Shown: in pieces, positions 39,930 through 51,362 of the stretch | Layout of the letters: the number at the start of each line of letters is the position of its first letter | Numbering within the stretch: position 1 is the stretch's first letter | From: Sandaracinaceae bacterium | Lineage (GTDB): Bacteria > Myxococcota_A > Polyangia > Polyangiales > JAFGIB01 | Assembly: GCA_017881055.1 (NCBI GenBank) | Contig: JADGRF010000196.1 | Span: 29,031 to 93,030, forward strand | Direction: 5' to 3' | Length of the DNA stretch: 64,000 bases | The notes under the pieces: generated by a model | Told to the model about the DNA's origin: nothing | Database searches by the model: none | Seen by the model: only the letters and a program-made list of their open reading frames with translations | Program-made: the position numbers and the translations under genes

Positions 39930-40730
39930 ATGCACGCGCGCGCAGGAACGCAGAAAACCCGATTGAACAGCGGTACTGCCGCGCTGGCATGCCTCGCGTG
40001 TGTCGGCGCACTGCCGTTGGCGCTCGGCGGCTGCGATCGACGGCCGAAGGTGGACGGACCGCCGAAGGTCGCCGGCATCCGGCCGCTCGCGATCGAGGGC
40101 GCGAACGATCCCAGTGCTGACGAGAAGAAAGCAGGCGAAGCGTCGCCGTACTTGCCGACGATGAAAGGCATCGACGTCGAAGCCGAGCTGAAGAAGAGGC
40201 TAGCCGCGGGCGAGAAGCGCGACTTCCAGGGCGAGCTGTCGTCGCAGCTCAGCGGGATCAACGGCTGTCTCGCAGCTCGCCCGAGCGACACGGCACCGCG
40301 CAGCATCGATATTGCGTTCACGGTCTACGTGACGCCGAGTGGGTCCGTGAGTCGCAGCGAAGTCAGCGCGCCTCTGGACCAAAGCGAGCTCGCATGCCTG
40401 CGCCAGCGCGCCGCAGCGACTCACTTCACGCCGCCGTTCGAAGAAGCGCCATTTTCGATCCAGACGAGCATGCACCTCGATCAGAGCGCACCGCCAGCAG
40501 CGGCAGCGCCGCCAGCGGCGGCCGCCGCGGCAACGCCTGAGCAGCCGGCACCCGAAGGAGCGACGCAGGCCACGCCGGCGCAACCGACGGAGGCGCAGCC
40601 ATCGAGCGCACCTTCGCCTGCACCTTCGCCGCCTGTACCTTCCGATGAAGCGCCAGGCCCACCCGCTGCCGCCGAGCCCGCGCCGCCAAGCCCACCGACG
40701 ACCGAAATTCCGAGCGCGCCCACGCCGTGA
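39930..40730 (+). CDS. lipoprotein with a two-Cys TonB-C-like (AgmX/PglI-type) domain and a Pro/Ala-rich tail
   Basis: Lipobox LALGGC. The domain INGCLAARP...VSRSEVSAP..SELACLRQRAAATHFTPPF resembles the C-terminus of the downstream pseudokinase. Confidence 0.65.
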   Translation: MHARAGTQKTRLNSGTAALACLACVGALPLALGGCDRRPKVDGPPKVAGIRPLAIEGANDPSADEKKAGEASPYLPTMKGIDVEAELKKRLAAGEKRDFQGELSSQLSGINGCLAARPSDTAPRSIDIAFTVYVTPSGSVSRSEVSAPLDQSELACLRQRAAATHFTPPFEEAPFSIQTSMHLDQSAPPAAAAPPAAAAAATPEQPAPEGATQATPAQPTEAQPSSAPSPAPSPPVPSDEAPGPPAAAEPAPPSPPTTEIPSAPTP

Positions 40731-40868
40731 GCCGTGCGTAGCCCTCACTTGGGAACATGGCGTCGCGCGCAGCAACTGGCGCGCATGTCTGGCTGTGTCG
40801 CACCTATCAGCGCGGCTAGTCGTCGTGCTTGAACGGTACGGCCCCGCTCCGTTACCCTCCTCGCTTCG

Positions 40869-42806
40869 ATGTCGGCGAACGTGCCTGTAGAACCCAGCCT
40901 GACCCCAGGCCCCATGACGAAGGGCACGCTCGTCGGTGGTCGCTTCCAGGTCGAAGACCACGGACCGAGCGATGCCCTCGGTCAAACCTGGCTCGCGCGC
41001 GATCAAAAGACGCGCAAGCCGATCGCCATCTACGTGTTGTCGCCGCAGCTTGCGGCTGACAAAACCGCGTACGACGTGTTCCGCGACGAGATGCGCGTAG
41101 TCGCGAAGCTCAAGCATCGCGGGCTCGTCGCCATCTATGGGGTCGGCACGCACGCGGGTCGCGAACACTTCGTAGCGCGCGAGTGGGTCGCCGGACAAAC
41201 GCTGGCGGATCTGTGCGTAGATCGCGCGCGCACCGGGCAGCTGCTGTCCGTGCGCGGTTGCTACAACGTGATCGCACACACCTGCAAAGCGCTCACGTCG
41301 ATGCACGAGATCACGTGTCACGGCGCGTTGCGCCCATCGATCGTCTGGGTCACGAAGACCGGCCGCGTGAAGATCGGTGATCTGGGCGTTGGCCTTTCTC
41401 TGATCAAAGCGCGGCGCTGGCAGCTCCTGCCCGCGGAGGAACAAGCGTTCCTGTCACCCGAAGTGAAAGCCGGACAGCTGCCGGACGCGCGCAGCGATGT
41501 CTTCGGCGTCGGCGCGCTGCTTTACGTCTTGCTCACGGGTCGGTCGCCGACGATGGAGTTCGCTGCACCATCGCAGGTGCACCCGGACGCGACGCCGGAA
41601 CTCGACGCCGTGCTGCTGCGTTGCTTGGCAAGCGACCCCGCGCAGCGCTTCGCGACGCCCGACGAGATCGTGCAAGCACTGCTGCCGCTGACAGCTGGCA
41701 CGCCGGAGCCCGAGGGCATCGATTTCGGCGCCAACGTCGAAATCGACGTGGATATCGCAGTGTCGATCGCACCGCCCGCGCCCGACGCCCAAGGGCCGAT
41801 CGTCATTCCGGTGAGCGTTGCGATGCGCACACCCACGCCGCCGCGCGCGGCTCCGCCTGCCGTCACACCGGGCCTGCCTGCGCTGCGCCCGCAACAGCAG
41901 CCGTCAGCTGCAAAACCGGCGCCCGCAGCAGCGAGCGGCCCGGACATCGCGTCGCTGACGGCACAGCTGACGAAGAACGACGCACCGCGCTGGATGGCAA
42001 TAAAAGACGGCATGGACCACGGTCCGTTCACGGCGCGCGAGCTGATCAAGGCCATCGTCGACGGCGAGATCCTCGAGGATCACGGCCTGTTCAACATGGC
42101 GACCAACGAACGCAAGCTGGTCCGCGAGTACCCGGAGTTCGTGGAGTTCGTCCAGCAGTACAAGATTCGCAAAGAAGAGCGCGAGCACGTCGAGGCGCTC
42201 GCCCGCTCGTCCAAAGTCGAGAAGCGCTCCACGGCAGCGAAGTTCACCGTCCTCGCGGCCTGCATCGTGGGCGTGGGCGTGGTCGGCGCGCTGTACATGA
42301 TGAGCCGCCAAGTGGCGAAGAACCGCGAGCAAGCCAAGAGCATGGACCTCGCGGCGCTATACGAGAGCGGTCAAGTGAAGATCAGCGGTACGGCCGGCAT
42401 CCTGCAGCACACCGCGCACGCGGGTGGACCACGTCACACGAGCTCCGGCGGCGGACCAGGCGGCTTCTCTTCGTACGAAGACGCGATGAACCAAGCCATG
42501 GAGCTGGGCGATGCCTCGAAGGGCGGCGGCGAACGCCAGCTGAGCAGCGCCGACGTCGCTGGCGCGATGAATCGCAACTTGAACAGCATGTTCAGCTGTG
42601 TCTCGGAGGAGCTGCGCCAAGGCGGTCATTTGAGCAAGGTCACGATCGACCTGGCGATTGTCGGCAGCGGTCACGTGGCAGGTGCCAGCGTGAGCGCAGG
42701 CAGCGCGGGCTTTCAGCGCTGCATGACGGCCAAAGTGCGGCGCGTTTCGTTTCCTTCGTTTCCGGCACCGCGCATGGGCGCTCGCTACAGCTTCAACGTG
42801 GACTGA
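40869..42806 (+). CDS. Ser/Thr pseudokinase - GYF_2-like - TM - AgmX/PglI-type C-terminal domain protein
   Basis: Kinase fold with IAIYVL (no Lys), CHGALRPSI (no HRD Asp or Asn) and DLG. GYF-like WMAIKDGMDHGPFTARELIKAIVDGEI. TM helix FTVLAACIVGVGVVGALYMM. Two-Cys C-terminal domain. Confidence 0.8.
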   Translation: MSANVPVEPSLTPGPMTKGTLVGGRFQVEDHGPSDALGQTWLARDQKTRKPIAIYVLSPQLAADKTAYDVFRDEMRVVAKLKHRGLVAIYGVGTHAGREHFVAREWVAGQTLADLCVDRARTGQLLSVRGCYNVIAHTCKALTSMHEITCHGALRPSIVWVTKTGRVKIGDLGVGLSLIKARRWQLLPAEEQAFLSPEVKAGQLPDARSDVFGVGALLYVLLTGRSPTMEFAAPSQVHPDATPELDAVLLRCLASDPAQRFATPDEIVQALLPLTAGTPEPEGIDFGANVEIDVDIAVSIAPPAPDAQGPIVIPVSVAMRTPTPPRAAPPAVTPGLPALRPQQQPSAAKPAPAAASGPDIASLTAQLTKNDAPRWMAIKDGMDHGPFTARELIKAIVDGEILEDHGLFNMATNERKLVREYPEFVEFVQQYKIRKEEREHVEALARSSKVEKRSTAAKFTVLAACIVGVGVVGALYMMSRQVAKNREQAKSMDLAALYESGQVKISGTAGILQHTAHAGGPRHTSSGGGPGGFSSYEDAMNQAMELGDASKGGGERQLSSADVAGAMNRNLNSMFSCVSEELRQGGHLSKVTIDLAIVGSGHVAGASVSAGSAGFQRCMTAKVRRVSFPSFPAPRMGARYSFNVD

Positions 42807-42857
42807 GCCACGATTCCGCGGTTGACGCCGGAGGGTGATTGGGCGAGGACTCGGCGC

Positions 42858-43406
42858 ATGCGCCGCTCGTACTCGAGATTGCTCGTCGTCGCGCTTGGTT
42901 GCGTTTCGCTCGGCGCGTTCGGCTCGCTCCTTTTGGCATGCGACAACGAGGTGCTGCCGACGCACAGCGAAGAGCAGCTGCACACCGCCAGCTCACTCGC
43001 GAGCAACCTTGCGCGGTCGCTCGAGACCTTGCCGGGGGTCAGCGACGCACGCGTGCACATTGCGCTCTCGGACACGCCGGACTTCGCCGCGCGCCTTTCG
43101 CCTTCGCCGCGGGCGTCCGTGCTCCTGCACGCGCTCGGCGATCGCACGCGCATCGACGTCGCCGCCGTGCAGAGTTTGGTGGCAGGCGCCGTGTCGGGGC
43201 TCACTCCCTCGGCGGTACAGGTGGTGATCGCGCCCGCGGCCGGGTCGCCTACCCCGGCTGCGCCGAAGCTCAGCCGCGTCGGTCCGTTCGTGGTCGCGGC
43301 GGCGAGCGAGAATAGCTTGCGCGTGCTGCTCGCCACGATGCTCGCGACGCAGGCCGTGCTCGCGGCCCTGCTCGTGCTCGTGCTGGGTCGCAAGAAAGCG
43401 CGCTGA
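42858..43406 (+). CDS. SctJ/YscJ/FliF-like single-RBM lipoprotein with a C-terminal TM anchor
   Basis: Lipobox LLLAC. LETLPGVSDARVHIAL...ASVLLHA...GLTPSAVQVVI matches the ring-building-motif pattern. C-terminal TM helix plus RKKAR. Confidence 0.55.
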   Translation: MRRSYSRLLVVALGCVSLGAFGSLLLACDNEVLPTHSEEQLHTASSLASNLARSLETLPGVSDARVHIALSDTPDFAARLSPSPRASVLLHALGDRTRIDVAAVQSLVAGAVSGLTPSAVQVVIAPAAGSPTPAAPKLSRVGPFVVAAASENSLRVLLATMLATQAVLAALLVLVLGRKKAR

Positions 43407-43407
43407 C

Positions 43408-43689
43408 TCAGCCGCCGTCGTTGCCGCTCAGCGCGGCGTCCGCGGGCGGCGCCATGGCGTCAGCGCTCGCGCCATCGGCCGCCGCGGCATCTCTCAAGCC
43501 CAGATTCGCTGCCATGCTCTTGTCCGCGATCGACTGCAGGTTCGAGCTGCACTTGCTCTTCACGCAGGCGAGGCCCTCGGCGCACTCGGCGCTGCGCTCG
43601 CAGCTGTCGCCCTTCTGCAACACGGGCAGTGAGCAGCCGGAAGCCCAGAACGCCACCAGCACCACGAGGCCGAGCGCTGCCTTCGTCAT
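43408..43689 (-). CDS. small Cys-rich lipoprotein
   Basis: Signal peptide and lipobox ..AFWASGC. CERSAECAEGLACVKSKC motif. ATG at 43689. Confidence 0.6.
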   Translation of the reverse strand: MTKAALGLVVLVAFWASGCSLPVLQKGDSCERSAECAEGLACVKSKCSSNLQSIADKSMAANLGLRDAAAADGASADAMAPPADAALSGNDGG

Positions 43690-43726
43690 GGCCGCATCGT
43701 ACTGCGCGCCGTGCGAATCTACACCG

Positions 43727-43942
43727 TCAGTCCACGACAGCGAGGATGGCGCCATCCTCGACAGACTGCCCTTCGTTGCAGCGGATCTCGGTGATCTTGC
43801 CGGCGACCGGCGACTCCACCGGCATTTCCATCTTCATGGATTCGAGGATCACGACCGCCTCGTCGCGGGCGACCGAATCCCCCACGCGTTTCACGATCTT
43901 CCAGACGGTTCCGGTGATGTGGGCTCGGACGTTCGTGGCCAT
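43727..43942 (-). CDS. stand-alone biotinyl (biotin/lipoyl attachment) domain protein, 71 aa
   Basis: ESMKMEMP biotinylation motif. ATG at 43942 is preceded by GAGGGAG. Confidence 0.85.
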   Translation of the reverse strand: MATNVRAHITGTVWKIVKRVGDSVARDEAVVILESMKMEMPVESPVAGKITEIRCNEGQSVEDGAILAVVD

Positions 43943-44114
43943 CACTCCCTCTCGCGCGCTCTGTCGTCCCATGGCTTCCCTAGCACCACATGGGAACACA
44001 ACGCCTTCTTAGGACGAAAACGACTCGACCCAAGCTGAGTATCAGAACCTGCCGCGCTACGGCAAGCCGTTGAAATATGAGCCCTTTTCGAGCTACCGGG
44101 AGACTGTGCTCGCG

Positions 44115-44143
44115 TTGACAGCGCGGGATCTGGACGTTATTGT
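44115..44143 (+). promoter_or_regulatory. candidate sigma-70-type promoter TTGACA-17 nt-TATTGT
   Basis: Consensus -35 at 44115-44120 and -10 at 44138-44143, about 90 nt upstream of the ATG at 44234. Confidence 0.45.
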
Positions 44144-44233
44144 TTTTCGTCGAGTCGCGTGGTTCGCTGCGGGCGCGGCGGCTGGCGTAGCGTCAGCACC
44201 CTTCGGGACGCGGCATACGGAGAAGCAGGCACG

Positions 44234-45052
44234 ATGAACGAGCAGAAAGAGTCCTCGGTTCTCTTCAACCTCAAAGAGCTGATGAGCCTCGAGGAGGAGC
44301 GGATTCAATCCGAGGAAGACGAGCGCAAGCGACGCGCCGAAGAAGAAGCCCACATGCGCGCGGCGGAAGAAGCGCGCATCAAGGCGGAAGCCGAAGCCCG
44401 CATTCGCGCCGAGGAAGAAGCGCGCATGGCGGCCGAGCGCGCCGCGCGCGACGACGAAGAGCGCGTGCTACGCGAGCGCGAAGCGGCCTCGCTGCGGGTG
44501 AAGCTCGAAGCCGAAGCGCGGGTGCGCGCTGAAGAAGCCGAGCGCGCACGCGCGCACGACCTGCAGGTGCAAACGATTCACGCGCAGCGGCGCAAGGGCG
44601 TGCATCCCGGCGTGCTCGCGGCGATTGCTGTGATCGCACTGGCTGGCGGCGCCTACGGCTACTTCGGAGTGTACGTACCTACGCAAAAGCACCAGGCCGA
44701 AGAGCGTGCCGAGAATGCGCGGCGCGAGCAGCAAGCTGCGGTCGAGCGCGAGCGCTTGAAGACGCTTGCGGAGCAGGAGCGCGTCGAGCACGAGCGCCAG
44801 CTGCAGGAAGCCCAGAAAGCGGCTGCGAAGGCCAAGGAAGACGCCGAGAAGGCCGCCATGTTGGCAGCTGCATCGAAGAAAGCCGAAGAGGCAGCAACCT
44901 CTGCGGGCGCGGCCCACAGCGGCGGCGGACACCACGCCACCGGTGGCGGCGCGAGCAGCAGCAGCAGCAGCAGCGGCGGTAAGAAGCCGAGTGGCAAGCA
45001 CGAGTCGAGCGGCGGCAGCGACGATCCGTTGGCTGGCCTCGACGGCATCTGA
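44234..45052 (+). CDS. hypothetical Glu/Ala/Arg-rich coiled-coil membrane protein
   Basis: ATG at 44234 after GGAGAAGCAGG. EEARxxAE repeats. Central TM helix VLAAIAVIALAGGAYGYFGVY. Poly-Ser tract. Confidence 0.65.
   Translation: MNEQKESSVLFNLKELMSLEEERIQSEEDERKRRAEEEAHMRAAEEARIKAEAEARIRAEEEARMAAERAARDDEERVLREREAASLRVKLEAEARVRAEEAERARAHDLQVQTIHAQRRKGVHPGVLAAIAVIALAGGAYGYFGVYVPTQKHQAEERAENARREQQAAVERERLKTLAEQERVEHERQLQEAQKAAAKAKEDAEKAAMLAAASKKAEEAATSAGAAHSGGGHHATGGGASSSSSSSGGKKPSGKHESSGGSDDPLAGLDGI
44954..44974 (+). repeat. (AGC)7 in-frame trinucleotide repeat (poly-Ser)
   Basis: Seven consecutive AGC codons encode SSSSSSS. Confidence 0.9.
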
Positions 45053-45128
45053 AGCGAGTGCTCGGTATGAAGCGGGATGACGCGATGACGCGCGCGCAGC
45101 GAGTGCGCGACTCGAGAGAGCGCGCACC

Positions 45129-45860
45129 GTGAGCGCGCGCACCGTGAGCGCGCGACTCGAGAGCGCGCGCGCGCGGCTGGCGTTTCCGCTCGACCTGAGC
45201 ACGCTGGCAGAAGCCGAGCACTACTTGGATCTGCTCGTCGACCACGTGGGCGTGTTCAAGGTGGGCCTTGAGCTGTTCAGCGCCGAAGGCCCTGCGGCCG
45301 TGCGGGCCGTGCACGCCCGCAAGCGCGCGTGCTTTCTCGATCTGAAGCTGCACGACATTCCGGCGACCGTCGCGCACGCGGCCAAAGCAGCCGAAAAGCT
45401 CGGCGTCGCGTACCTGACGCTGCATGCGGCCGCAGGCGCCGATGCCATGCGCGCAGCACGCGAAGCGACGCTTGGCGGTGGGTTGCAGCTGCTCGCGGTC
45501 ACCGTCCTTACGAGCATGGATGCCGGTCAACTCGCGGGCGTCGGCATGCGCGGGGAGCCTGCGGAAGCGGCGACACGCCTGGCGGACCTAGCGGTAACGA
45601 ACGGCGTGCGGGGCCTGGTGTGCTCACCCCTCGAGTGCGCCGCGCTACGCGCTCGCTTCGGACACACGGTCGTGCTGGTCACACCCGGGGTTCGTCCTGC
45701 AGGCGCGCAGCTGGGTGACCAGCGCCGGGTCGCGACGCCCGCTGCCGCAATCGCAGCCGGCGCGGACCTCTTGGTGGTGGGTCGCCCTATTCGTGACGCA
45801 CGCGATCCGCGGGCGGCGGCAGAACAGATCGTCAGCGAAATCGATCGAGCGTTGCCGTGA
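45129..45860 (+). CDS. pyrF: orotidine-5'-phosphate decarboxylase
   Basis: FLDLKLHDIPATV and LVVGRPI motifs. The start is ambiguous (GTG at 45129 or 45144) because it lies in a duplicated block. Confidence 0.9.
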   Translation: MSARTVSARLESARARLAFPLDLSTLAEAEHYLDLLVDHVGVFKVGLELFSAEGPAAVRAVHARKRACFLDLKLHDIPATVAHAAKAAEKLGVAYLTLHAAAGADAMRAAREATLGGGLQLLAVTVLTSMDAGQLAGVGMRGEPAEAATRLADLAVTNGVRGLVCSPLECAALRARFGHTVVLVTPGVRPAGAQLGDQRRVATPAAAIAAGADLLVVGRPIRDARDPRAAAEQIVSEIDRALP

Positions 45861-46597
45861 AGCGCGTGGTGCTCGGGCCGCGTGCGGTCGAGGAAGCGCT
45901 GCGTGGAGACGCGAAGCGGATCGCCGTGATCTACGCGGCGGCCGAGGGCGGGCGCTTTGCACCGTTGGAAGATCTCGCGCACAAAGCCAACGTGCGCTTC
46001 GAGACCTGTCCGAGCGCCGACTTGGACGCGCTGGCAAAGGGCGAGCGTCACCAAGGCATTGCCGCCATCAGCGGCGAGTACGTCTACGACGAGCTCGAAA
46101 CCATCTTGGAGCATGCGGCCCCGCGACCGTTGCTCGTGGCGCTCGATCAGATCAGCGACCCACACAACTTCGGCGCGATCGTGCGCAGCGCAGTGGCGTT
46201 CGGCGCGGACGGCGTCATCACGCTCAGGGACCGCGCTGCACCGGTGACTCCCGTGGTGGTCCGCGCGTCAGCGGGAGCAACCGAACGGGCGCGTATCGCG
46301 CGTGTGACGAATCTGGCACGCACGCTCGGTATGCTGAGACAGCAGGGCCTTTCGTTGGTCGGACTCGATGCCGAAGGCAGCGTCGCATTGCACGAGCTGC
46401 CGTTCGCCGAGCAAGGGCGTGTGCTGGTGATCGGCTCCGAAGGCGAAGGGCTGCGCCGGCTCACGCGGGAAGCCTGCGACACGCTCGTACGCATCGACCT
46501 ACCCGGCCCGATCGCCTCGCTCAACGCCTCCGTGGCAGCAGCTATTGCGCTCTACGAGAGCGCACGCGCGCGAGCGGCAGCAGAGTCTGCGGGCTGA
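45857..46597 (+). CDS. rlmB: TrmH/SpoU-family 23S rRNA 2'-O-methyltransferase (RlmB-like)
   Basis: DQISDPHNFGAIVRSA, LVIGSEGEGLR and SLNASVAAAIALYE blocks. The start overlaps the pyrF stop (GTGA). Confidence 0.85.
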   Translation: MKRVVLGPRAVEEALRGDAKRIAVIYAAAEGGRFAPLEDLAHKANVRFETCPSADLDALAKGERHQGIAAISGEYVYDELETILEHAAPRPLLVALDQISDPHNFGAIVRSAVAFGADGVITLRDRAAPVTPVVVRASAGATERARIARVTNLARTLGMLRQQGLSLVGLDAEGSVALHELPFAEQGRVLVIGSEGEGLRRLTREACDTLVRIDLPGPIASLNASVAAAIALYESARARAAAESAG

Positions 46598-46700
46598 CTC
46601 GCAGCCGCACGCCTCAGCCGCCTGCCTGCCTTATTTACACACCGGTCGGCACAGCTGGGGCGCTCGGCGTTATGCTTGCTGGCGAGCGAGGATCGAGCGC

Positions 46701-47843
46701 ATGACGAAGCCGCGAGCACGAAAGATCTCTTCGAAGAAGCACCCGCGCGCGCCCGAACCGGTACGCCGAGTCTGCATCTTGACCGGCGGGGGCGATGCGC
46801 CCGGCCTCAATGCCGTGCTGCGTGCGTTCGTGAAGACGTGCTGCGAGCTGGATATCGAGGTGTACGGCAGCGAAGACGGCTTCGAGGGTTTGATCCAACC
46901 CGATCGCTTGGTGAAGCTGAGGAGCGCCAGCGTGCGCGGGATCCTGCCGAAGGGAGGTAGCATTCTCGGTTGCTCCAACCGCGCCAACCCGTTCGCGTAC
47001 CCGAGACACGACAAGCGTGGACGCGAGCACTTCGAAGACGTGTCGGACGTCGTGCTGCGACGCATCCACGATCACGAGATCGACGTGCTCGTGATGGTCG
47101 GCGGCGACGGCACGATGAGCCACGCGCAAGCGTTCATGAAGCGGGGTCTGCGGGTGATCGGTGTGCCGAAGACGATCGACAACGATCTCGCCGCGACCGA
47201 CTACACCTTCGGCTTCGATACGGCGGTCGATACGGCAACCTGGGCGATCGACGCGCTGCACTCCACCGCGGAGTCGCACGACCGTGTGATGTTGGTCGAG
47301 CTCATGGGCCGCTATGCGGGTTGGATCTCACTCTACGCGGGCATTGCCGGTGGAGCCGACGTGATCTTGATCCCCGAGATCGCGTACGACGTGGACCGCG
47401 TCGTCGCCAAGATCCAAGAGCGCGCCTCGCGCGGCGTGACATTCAGCATCGTGGTCGTGGGCGAAGGCGCAAAACCCCGTGGCGGAAAAGAGTCCACGAT
47501 CAGCAAAGGGCGTGCGGGTCACCTGGCGCGCCTCGGCGGCGCTGCGCACGGCCTCGCGGAGCAGCTCAAGGGCCGCATTCCGCACGAGATTCGGGTCACG
47601 GTGCTCGGGCATTTGCAGCGCGGTGGGACACCGTCGTCGTTCGACCGATTGCTCGGAACGCGCTTCGGTGTGGAAGCCGCATGGCTGTGCGCACGCGGCG
47701 AGACAGGCAAGATGGTCGCGCTTCGTGGTCAGCAGATCGTGTCCGTGCCGATCGAGGATGCGGTTGGGCACGCGAAGCTGGTGGACCCGAACGGGGAGCT
47801 CGTGCAGGTGGCCCGTGCGATCGGCGTCGAGCTCGGCGCGTGA
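46701..47843 (+). CDS. pfk: 6-phosphofructokinase
   Basis: ILTGGGDAPGLNA, MVGGDGT, PKTIDND and GHLQRGG motifs. ATG at 46701. Confidence 0.9.
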   Translation: MTKPRARKISSKKHPRAPEPVRRVCILTGGGDAPGLNAVLRAFVKTCCELDIEVYGSEDGFEGLIQPDRLVKLRSASVRGILPKGGSILGCSNRANPFAYPRHDKRGREHFEDVSDVVLRRIHDHEIDVLVMVGGDGTMSHAQAFMKRGLRVIGVPKTIDNDLAATDYTFGFDTAVDTATWAIDALHSTAESHDRVMLVELMGRYAGWISLYAGIAGGADVILIPEIAYDVDRVVAKIQERASRGVTFSIVVVGEGAKPRGGKESTISKGRAGHLARLGGAAHGLAEQLKGRIPHEIRVTVLGHLQRGGTPSSFDRLLGTRFGVEAAWLCARGETGKMVALRGQQIVSVPIEDAVGHAKLVDPNGELVQVARAIGVELGA

Positions 47844-47862
47844 GCGACACCCCTTCGTGCCA

Positions 47863-47878
47863 GCGCACCCAGGTGCGC
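47863..47878. terminator. candidate bidirectional hairpin between convergent genes
   Basis: GCGCACC/GGTGCGC stem between the pfk stop (47843) and the stop of the minus-strand lipoprotein gene (47886). No U-tract. Confidence 0.25.
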
Positions 47879-47885
47879 ACGGCGC

Positions 47886-48205
47886 TCACTGCGGAATCGG
47901 TCGCAGCTTGATCGTGATATTCGTCTCGCCGGCTGGCAGCTCCACGCGTAAGTCGTGCGGGAAGTAGCCCGGCGCTTTGAACGACAGAAATTTCACGCCG
48001 GCGTGCAGCTCCTTCGGCTGCTTCGCGAGCAAGCGCGCAGTGCCGAGAAACCGATCGTTGTCGTAGACCGTGGTTTCCGGTGGCACCGCGGTCACGCGCA
48101 GGTACGCGATTGGTGCCGGTGGCGGTGGCTTGACGCAGCCTACCCCCGTACCGGACACGACCCCTGCGCTCAACACGAGCAGCGCGCGTGCAGCTGACAG
48201 ACGCA

Positions 48206-48206
<1 letters not shown>
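47886..48206 (-). CDS. PEGA-like lipoprotein
   Basis: Lipobox ..GTGVGC. LRVTAVPPETTVYDNDRFLGT. The ATG shares one nt with the guaA stop (TGATG). Confidence 0.65.
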
Positions 48207-49753
<1,547 letters not shown>

Positions 49754-49797
49754 GAGACTTTACCCAAAGAGTCGAAGGCTGCTTTGGGGCTATGTAC

Positions 49798-51312
<1,515 letters not shown>

Positions 51313-51362
51313 TCAGCGAGGGGTGAAAGAAAATACGGCGATTCCGTGGAGGTCGCGGAGCC

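Noticed and set aside
42858-43406. Evidence for a type III secretion or flagellar locus.
   Set aside because: Only one SctJ/FliF-like ring-building-motif lipoprotein is present. No SctV/R/S/T/U/N/C or Fli/Flh genes occur in the 64 kb. I therefore do not call a T3SS, only an RBM-type lipoprotein.
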